Source of the DNA: a virus
IMG/VR virus record: IMGVR_UViG_3300024348_000023
Location: 8,169-72,168 of that record
Length of the DNA: 64,000 nt
Direction: 5' to 3' (one strand)
The notes beneath the pieces are model-generated. The model saw only the letters and a list, made by a program, of their open reading frames with translations, made no database searches and was not told the DNA's origin. The position numbers and the translations under genes were made by a program. Shown here in pieces: positions 57,600 through 64,000 of this stretch (its first letter is position 1; each line of letters begins with the position of its first letter).

Positions 57600-58525
57600 T
57601 TAAAGCTTTAGGGCTAGACATTGTTGCTGAACCAGGTAATGAGGTTATGTTCTACTGCCCATTTCATTCTAACCGACATACCGCAAGTTGTTGTATAAAT
57701 AAATCATCAGGTGTTTGGCTTTGCTTTAACCCATCATGCGGAGAGGCTGGCAGTTTAACAGAGCTTGTAAGACGTGTATTGCATAAGAATGATTTTGAGG
57801 CTATTAGATTTATTGCTGCTCAAGAACAACAAGCATTAAATAACTTTGACGAAGTGATAGCAGGTTTGTTTGAAGAGAAGCCAGACTTTGAAGAGTTCTC
57901 ACAAGAAACTCTTGATAGACTACATGCAGATTTAGCAGGCAATAAAAGTGCAAGAGACTACCTTGAGTCCAGAGGAATAAACAAAGACTCAGTAGATTAC
58001 TTTAGATTGGGGTATTCGCCAGGGATGAATATGGTAATTACACCAGTACATAGTCCAGATGGAATGCCAATAGGATTGGTTGGAAGATCAATTGAGGGAA
58101 AGTCATTTAAGAATAGTACTAACTTGCCAAAGAGCAAAACATTATTTAATGTTCACCGTGCTAAGAAAATTGGCGAGCATGTAATTGTTGTTGAATCTAA
58201 TTTTGATGCTGTTAGAATTCATCAGGCTGGGTTTCCTAATGTGGTAGCAGTTTTGGGCGGGGTGCTTTCAACAGAACAGCACAAAATATTAAATAGATAT
58301 TTTAATAAAATAACTATAATGACAGATGCAGATTTGGCTGGCAGAGAGCTAGGCTTGAGCATAGCCAATAGATTGAGGAACAAAGACATCTTGTGGGCTT
58401 CCTATGAATATGGTAGAATATATCCACATGATGCAAAAGATGCTGGCGATATGACAGATGAAGAAATAAAAACATGCATTAAGAATGCAGTTTCTGACAT
58501 AGAGTACAGGTCTTGGACCCCATAA
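57527..58525 (+). CDS. dnaG: DNA primase (CHC2 Zn finger plus TOPRIM)
   Basis: CPFH...CF..SC, YL..RGI, VES.FD, DAD.AG and KD.GD. The start codon is uncertain (57476 or 57527). Confidence 0.9.
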   Translation: MAIRGYNARKVDSTHYAPNHIKSIIKALGLDIVAEPGNEVMFYCPFHSNRHTASCCINKSSGVWLCFNPSCGEAGSLTELVRRVLHKNDFEAIRFIAAQEQQALNNFDEVIAGLFEEKPDFEEFSQETLDRLHADLAGNKSARDYLESRGINKDSVDYFRLGYSPGMNMVITPVHSPDGMPIGLVGRSIEGKSFKNSTNLPKSKTLFNVHRAKKIGEHVIVVESNFDAVRIHQAGFPNVVAVLGGVLSTEQHKILNRYFNKITIMTDADLAGRELGLSIANRLRNKDILWASYEYGRIYPHDAKDAGDMTDEEIKTCIKNAVSDIEYRSWTP

Positions 58526-58574
58526 AGTTAAATATACAGATGGATATATACCATCAACTACAAAGGAGAAATAC

Positions 58575-59240
58575 ATGGGAATAGTAAAAGGGTTGAAAGA
58601 CCTTAACAAGGTAATGGACAAGCCACAGTCTTCAGGTGGAGACGGTACAAAGGCTCGCTGGGTTAAGTTGGAAGATGGAGAAAGCGTTAAGGTTCGTTTT
58701 CTTCAAGAGCTTGATCCAGACTCACCTACATATAATGAAAAGCTAGGTCTAGGATTTATTGCAGTAGAACACACAAATCCAAAGGACTATCGTCGTAAGG
58801 CTCTATGCACAATGGACGATCAAGGAAAGTGCCACGGCTGTGAGCAACATCGTAAGGACTACAAGGCTGGATGGAAGGGTCGTTCAAGACTTTACATTAA
58901 TGTTCTTGTTGATGACGGCAAGGAAGATCCATATGTTGGAATCTTGTCTCAAGGTTCAAGCGGTAAGACAATTACACCTACATTAATTGAGTACGCTGGG
59001 GAAATGGGAAGCATCACAAACTTGATGTGGCGCATTAAGCGTACTGGTACAAAGACAGATACAAGTTACACAATTATCCCATTAGCAAAGGATGAAACTC
59101 CTTTTGATGGTTCCTCTCTTGAGCTTTATAAGCTAGAAGAGACTGCAGTCCGTGATCTTCCATACACCGAACAAGAGTCATTTTTCTCTGGTGAAAACGG
59201 TGGAGAAGAGTCAGCTTCATCAAGCAGCGTAGACTGGTAA
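58575..59240 (+). CDS. Single-stranded DNA-binding protein (gp32-like)
   Basis: KL.DGES..VRFL, H...C...C..C, I.R.G...DT.Y and an acidic tail ending DW. Confidence 0.75.
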   Translation: MGIVKGLKDLNKVMDKPQSSGGDGTKARWVKLEDGESVKVRFLQELDPDSPTYNEKLGLGFIAVEHTNPKDYRRKALCTMDDQGKCHGCEQHRKDYKAGWKGRSRLYINVLVDDGKEDPYVGILSQGSSGKTITPTLIEYAGEMGSITNLMWRIKRTGTKTDTSYTIIPLAKDETPFDGSSLELYKLEETAVRDLPYTEQESFFSGENGGEESASSSSVDW

Positions 59241-59250
59241 TATAAATAGT

Positions 59251-59294
59251 TGCAGGGCTGGTCTATTGACTGGCCCTGCATTATTTGTTAGAAT
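59251..59294 (+). promoter_or_regulatory. GC-rich hairpin overlapping a probably leaderless promoter
   Basis: TGCAGGGC..GTC-TATT-GAC..GCCCTGCA; TTGACT-N17-TAGAAT with a TG extension; ATG 6 nt later. Confidence 0.65.
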
Positions 59295-59300
59295 AACAAC

Positions 59301-59507
59301 ATGATCTCATATGAAATACCAGACCCATTTGATACCTTTGTAGCAAACAAGTACAAGGACTATAAGGGTATGTTATATGATTTCTTTGCAAAGGAATGGC
59401 ATATGAAGGCAGCTTGTTGCGGAGAAGATTTATATGCACCAAATAAAAAAACAATGACTAAGATTAGACTTTATCATACAAGAAACGAATGCATGGGCGG
59501 ATACTAA
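59301..59507 (+). CDS. Small hypothetical protein
   Basis: CCG...H...C; TAATG coupling to dnaE. Confidence 0.7.
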   Translation: MISYEIPDPFDTFVANKYKDYKGMLYDFFAKEWHMKAACCGEDLYAPNKKTMTKIRLYHTRNECMGGY

Positions 59508-62500
59508 TGAGCTTTACACATCTACACGTTCACTCATATTACTCATTAATGGATGGGCTAAACTCACCACTTGAGCTTGTTCAAGCTGCAAAAGCGGCGG
59601 GTCAAAAAGCAATTGCCATTACAGATCATGGAACGCTATCCTCTCATCGTGAAATGCAGATAGCATGTAAAGAAGAAGGCATCAAGCCTATCCTGGGAGT
59701 AGAAGCATACATTTCACCAACAGATAGATTTGATAAATCATCAAAGACGGATAAGTCAATTCAGGCTTATAACCATATTATCTTGCTAGCAAAAAACAAA
59801 AAGGGCTTAGAGAATATTAATATCCTTCAAGAGATTGCTTGGAATGAAGGATTCTATCATAAGCCTAGAATCGATAGGGAGGTCCTAAATGAATACTCTG
59901 AAGGCATCATCGTACTTTCTGGATGTCTTAATGGTCTTATTTCTAAGGCTATCGAAAAGGGCGAATTCTCTGAAGCTAAGATGGTTCTCAAAGATTTTAA
60001 AAAGACTTTCGGTGAAGATTTTTATGTTGAGGTTCAATCTCACAACCCCGCAGAAATAAACTCTAAGTTGCTTGAGCTTGCCGATGAACTAAAAATTAAG
60101 GCGGTGGCAACTGGAGATGCACACTTTGCTAAGGAAGAAGACCGTGTACTAGAAGAGGCAATGCTTATTCTATCAACATCCCCTAAAATGGATAAGGATG
60201 CTGACTTTGAAATGTCTAGACAGATTAAAGATATTAATGAAAGATTAAATTACCTATACCCAGACCGTAGAATTTCATTTCAAGATTACAATTTATTTAT
60301 TCAGTCACAATCTGAAATTGAGTCCGATTTCAAAAAGGCTGGAATTACTCGTACAGATATATATGAGAATACTATTAAAATTGCTGATAAGGTTGAGGAA
60401 TACGACTTTAACAGTGGTTTAGACCTGCTCCCAGTACCTAAGACAGATGCCGACGAGAAACTGGCTCAGATGGCCTCTGAAGGCCTTAAAAGACTAGGTC
60501 TAGCAGAGTCTCAAGTATACATTGATAGGCTTGAGGAAGAGCTATCTGTAATTAAAGATAAGTCATTTGCCTCCTACTTTTTGGTAGTTGCAGATATGAT
60601 TAACTGGGCAAAAGAAAATGATATCAAGGTTGGGCCAGGCCGTGGATCTGCTGCAGGCTCACTGGTATGCTATGCACTTGGAATTACAGATGTAGACCCA
60701 ATTAAGTATGACCTACTATTCTTTCGTTTTATTAATCCAGAACGTAATGACTTTCCAGATATTGATACAGACTTTGAAGACCGCCGTCGTAAAGAAGTTA
60801 AAGACTATTTAAAGAAAAAGTTTAAGCACGTTGCATCTATTTCTACATACACTTACTTTAAGGATAAGGGTGTTATTAGAGATGCTGCTCGTGTATTTAT
60901 GGTGCCACTATCTGATGTTAACCGTGCAATGAAGTCTATTGATACCTTTGAAGATTTTATTGAGTCCCCCAACACAAAAGAATTTAGAACTAAATACCCA
61001 GAAGTTGTTTGGCTTGCAGACAGATTGCGTGGAAGAATTAGATCTGTTGGAGTACACGCAGCAGGAGTTGTTGTTGCAAAAGATGATATTAGAAAGTATG
61101 CTCCAGTTGAATCTAGAGCAGATGCAAGTGATTTAGTTTCTGGAAGAATTCCTGTTGTGGCATACGATATGGATACGGTTGCAGATATAGGTCTTATTAA
61201 GCTAGATGCCCTAGGTCTTAAAACTTTATCTGTGATCTCAGATACTTTATCTTCAATTAAAAAGAGATCAGGTAAAGACATTAATCTTTCTGAATTGCCA
61301 CTAGATGATGCAAACGTATATAAAATATTAAGCGAGGGCTATACAAAGGGAGTGTTTCAGGCAGAAGCAACTCCTTATACAAACTTACTTATAAAAATGG
61401 GTGTAGATAAGTTTGAAGATCTTGCTGCTTCAAATGCGCTTGTTCGTCCAGGAGCAATGAATACTGTGGGTGCTTCTTATATTAAGCGTAAGCATGGTGA
61501 TGAAGCAGTACAGTTTATTCATCCAATCATGAAGCCATTTACAGAAAACACATATGGAGTTATTATTTATCAAGAGCAGGTTATGCAAGCTTGTGTACAC
61601 CTAGGAGGAATGACCTGGTCAGAAGCTGACAAGGTTCGTAAAATTATTGGAAAGAAGAAAGATGCAAAAGAGTTCGACCAGTTCAAGGATCGCTTTATTG
61701 ATGGCGCTTCAAAACACATTTCTAAGAAGCAAGCAGAAACGCTATGGCATACTTTCGAGGCTCATGCTGGGTATTCTTTTAACCGTTCCCATGCTGTTGC
61801 TTACTCTATGCTCTCTTACTATACGGCTTGGCTCAAGACTTATTATCCTTTGGAGTTTATGTTTTCGATCCTTAAAAACGAAAATGACAAAGACGCCAGA
61901 ACAGAATATTTAATTGAAGCAAAAAGATTAAAGCTAAGCATAAAGCTTCCACACATCAATGAGTCAGATGTTTTCTTTTCTTTAAAGGGAGACTCAATTC
62001 GATTCGGTCTCGGAGAAGTAAAGTTTATTTCAGACAGTATTGCAAATAAAATTATTGATCAAAGACCATTTAATTCTTATTCAGAGTTTATTGAAAAGGC
62101 TTCTAAGAAAGGGAGTGGAATCAATAGTCGTGCTATCTCTGCACTAAATGCAATCGGTGGTGCGGCATTTGAAGATAATCCAAGAAATGGTAATGAGAAA
62201 GATAACTACTACGAGTATTTAGGCATACCAACATTTAACTTAGAAGGAATTCCTCCACGTATTAAATCACAGGCTAGACCAATTGAGGAGTTTGAAGACC
62301 TAGGTTCATTTGTAATGTTTGGAATGGTTAAGTCTATTAAGCGTGGCAACGGGTGGGCACGTATTGAGTTAGTAGATGAAACTGGATCTATTGGCTTGTT
62401 CCATACGGAACAAACTCAAATAGAAACTGGACAGATGTATTTTATTCTTGTTGGTGATAATAGAATTGCTCGTTATGTAAAGGTAAGCGATATTGATCCT

Positions 62501-62776
62501 TCAGGCTCTAATTCATTTGTAGATTACCTTTATAAAAAACGATACGACCTTGACGAAGATGAGTATGTTGTAGTAGACTTTACTCCGTATGTAACCAAGG
62601 CGGGCAAAACAATGAGCCATATTATATTGGCAAATTCTGAAAAGGAATTAACTAGAGTAATTGCTTTTCCAACAATGTATAAGATGTCCCTAGCCAAAAT
62701 GCGTGAGGGAATGAAGTGTAAAGTAGTTCTATCAACATTAGATGATGGAACATTAATGGTAAAGGAAATAAAATGA
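59507..62776 (+). CDS. dnaE: DNA polymerase III alpha subunit (C family)
   Basis: PHP domain HLHVHS.YS..DG and ITDHG; GRGSAAGSL, PDIDTD, HAAG, YQEQ and Y.FN.SHA. Confidence 0.96.
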   Translation: MSFTHLHVHSYYSLMDGLNSPLELVQAAKAAGQKAIAITDHGTLSSHREMQIACKEEGIKPILGVEAYISPTDRFDKSSKTDKSIQAYNHIILLAKNKKGLENINILQEIAWNEGFYHKPRIDREVLNEYSEGIIVLSGCLNGLISKAIEKGEFSEAKMVLKDFKKTFGEDFYVEVQSHNPAEINSKLLELADELKIKAVATGDAHFAKEEDRVLEEAMLILSTSPKMDKDADFEMSRQIKDINERLNYLYPDRRISFQDYNLFIQSQSEIESDFKKAGITRTDIYENTIKIADKVEEYDFNSGLDLLPVPKTDADEKLAQMASEGLKRLGLAESQVYIDRLEEELSVIKDKSFASYFLVVADMINWAKENDIKVGPGRGSAAGSLVCYALGITDVDPIKYDLLFFRFINPERNDFPDIDTDFEDRRRKEVKDYLKKKFKHVASISTYTYFKDKGVIRDAARVFMVPLSDVNRAMKSIDTFEDFIESPNTKEFRTKYPEVVWLADRLRGRIRSVGVHAAGVVVAKDDIRKYAPVESRADASDLVSGRIPVVAYDMDTVADIGLIKLDALGLKTLSVISDTLSSIKKRSGKDINLSELPLDDANVYKILSEGYTKGVFQAEATPYTNLLIKMGVDKFEDLAASNALVRPGAMNTVGASYIKRKHGDEAVQFIHPIMKPFTENTYGVIIYQEQVMQACVHLGGMTWSEADKVRKIIGKKKDAKEFDQFKDRFIDGASKHISKKQAETLWHTFEAHAGYSFNRSHAVAYSMLSYYTAWLKTYYPLEFMFSILKNENDKDARTEYLIEAKRLKLSIKLPHINESDVFFSLKGDSIRFGLGEVKFISDSIANKIIDQRPFNSYSEFIEKASKKGSGINSRAISALNAIGGAAFEDNPRNGNEKDNYYEYLGIPTFNLEGIPPRIKSQARPIEEFEDLGSFVMFGMVKSIKRGNGWARIELVDETGSIGLFHTEQTQIETGQMYFILVGDNRIARYVKVSDIDPSGSNSFVDYLYKKRYDLDEDEYVVVDFTPYVTKAGKTMSHIILANSEKELTRVIAFPTMYKMSLAKMREGMKCKVVLSTLDDGTLMVKEIK

Positions 62777-63042
62777 CAGAAGAATATGATATTAATGATG
62801 TTCAAGCTTCATTAACGGCTAGCAAGGTTCTTGTTGCAATTCTTGAAACACTAGGTGAAGTAAGAGTTGAAACAAAAACCCTGGTTGGTGCAGAAAATAA
62901 AGATAAAGAATTAATTGTTGACTATGATGAGACGGGCCCAGCATTCATTTTTAGACTTCCAAAGCCAGGGGATCTTGAGTACAATGCAGAAATTGTTCAA
63001 GATGTTCCAAGCGAAGAGGAATTGATTAATGACTTCGAATAG
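62773..63042 (+). CDS. Hypothetical acidic protein
   Basis: ATGA coupling to dnaE. Confidence 0.7.
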   Translation: MTEEYDINDVQASLTASKVLVAILETLGEVRVETKTLVGAENKDKELIVDYDETGPAFIFRLPKPGDLEYNAEIVQDVPSEEELINDFE

Positions 63043-63376
63043 TATTGTTACAGAATTTGGACTAGATGCACTTTCTGCAGTTCTCCATGAAACTGCTATT
63101 GAAAAGGGTTTCTGGGATGGAACAATTAGTTATGATAAGGTTGGCAACAAGCTAGCTCTTGTTCATTCAGAGGTAACAGAAGTTCTTGAAGCAATTAGAA
63201 AGAATAAAGGATCAGAAGAAGTTGTTGAAGAAATGGCTGACGTAATTATTAGATTATTAGACATTTATGCAGCAATGAGAAATTCAGGAGATTTAATTCA
63301 TAGCCTAGATGACGTTCTAGATAAAAAAATTAATATAAATAAAGAACGACCAAAGCTTCACGGCAATTTATTTTAA
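63029..63376 (+). CDS. MazG-like nucleotide pyrophosphohydrolase
   Basis: L.HSEV.E.LEA.R...EEMADVIIR.LD...N..RP..HG. Confidence 0.85.
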   Translation: MTSNSIVTEFGLDALSAVLHETAIEKGFWDGTISYDKVGNKLALVHSEVTEVLEAIRKNKGSEEVVEEMADVIIRLLDIYAAMRNSGDLIHSLDDVLDKKININKERPKLHGNLF

Positions 63377-63385
63377 TGCTATACT
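63377..63385 (+). promoter_or_regulatory. Extended -10 promoter
   Basis: TGCTATACT upstream of recA. Confidence 0.55.
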
Positions 63386-63405
63386 AAGGGAAAGAAAAGG
63401 TTTAC

Positions 63406-64000
63406 ATGAGTATATTAATAGATGATGTATTAGCAAAATTAGATCCAAAAACAAGAGCAAGAGTCCAATCAGCACAAGATGTTCAAGTTGAAAAACAACT
63501 TACACCAAGCATTGGATTAAACTTTGCTTTACGAGGCGGTTTGGGTTATGGTAGACAGGTTCTTGTCTGGGGAAATAAGTCTGCTGGAAAGTCTTCTTTC
63601 TGTTTGCAGATGATTGCAATGGCACAAAAAGAAGGAAAGACCTGTGCTTGGATTGATGCAGAGGCATCGTATGATCAGTCGTGGGCAGAAAGCTTAGGAG
63701 TAGATTCATCTTCCCTTATCTATTCTCCAGCAAAAACTGTAAACGATATGGTTGATGTTGGCACAAAGCTTATGGACGCAGGTGTAGACTTAATTGTTGT
63801 AGATTCAATCTCTGCACTGCTTCCAGCAATCTATTTTGAAAAAGATGGAAATGAAATGAAAGATTTGCAAGACACAAAGCAAATCGGCGCTGAAGCAAAG
63901 GATATGACCCACGCAGTCAAGATGTTAAACTATGCAAACAAAAACACACTACTTGTTCTCATCTCACAACAACGAAATCAATTTGGATCTATGCATGCTA
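63406..64000 (+). CDS. recA: RecA/UvsX-like recombinase, 3' truncated (not in the ORF track)
   Basis: S.GLN.AL.GG...GR....WG.KSAGKS (Walker A), WIDAE, LGVD and IVVDS. Confidence 0.92.
   Translation, partial: MSILIDDVLAKLDPKTRARVQSAQDVQVEKQLTPSIGLNFALRGGLGYGRQVLVWGNKSAGKSSFCLQMIAMAQKEGKTCAWIDAEASYDQSWAESLGVDSSSLIYSPAKTVNDMVDVGTKLMDAGVDLIVVDSISALLPAIYFEKDGNEMKDLQDTKQIGAEAKDMTHAVKMLNYANKNTLLVLISQQRNQFGSMHA

Noticed and set aside
56075-62776. Inteins or introns in DnaB or DnaE
   Set aside because: Lengths are ordinary and motifs are contiguous; no intein splice-junction insertions were noticed.

Overview
This is an AT-rich, densely coded segment of a large tailed dsDNA phage (Caudoviricetes, siphovirus-like); all but one gene is on the + strand. 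Three regions are visible. (1) About 1-26.5 kb is an unusually long virion fibre/decoration region: three Gly-X-Thr collagen-like proteins, an Mtd_N-type fibre, two glycine-rich proteins, LamG-like proteins and fibre chaperones. Embedded in it are a protein-modification-like cassette (PASTA/polyproline/Cys-rich protein, DUF6171-like protein, three 2OG-Fe(II) oxygenases, a GT61 glycosyltransferase, a sulfotransferase-like gene) and a GT2-TPR glycosyltransferase directly after a collagen gene. (2) About 26.5-54 kb is the morphogenesis module: portal, prohead protease with a nested scaffold start, major capsid, head-tail genes, tail tube, tail chaperone with a -1 frameshift site, a 2181-aa tape measure, and tail tip/FN3 proteins. 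(3) About 54-64 kb is the replication module: metallophosphoesterase, HTH and Zn-finger proteins, DnaB, DnaG, SSB, DnaE, MazG-like protein and a truncated RecA. I found no terminase, lysin, integrase, tRNA or CRISPR array. Many extended -10 promoters are present, several apparently leaderless; with the PASTA domain this hints at an actinobacterial or other Gram-positive host (inference). The strongest candidate for a novel system is a phage-encoded pathway that may hydroxylate, glycosylate and sulfate its own Pro-rich or collagen-like virion proteins. All family calls come from motif recognition by eye, not database searches.
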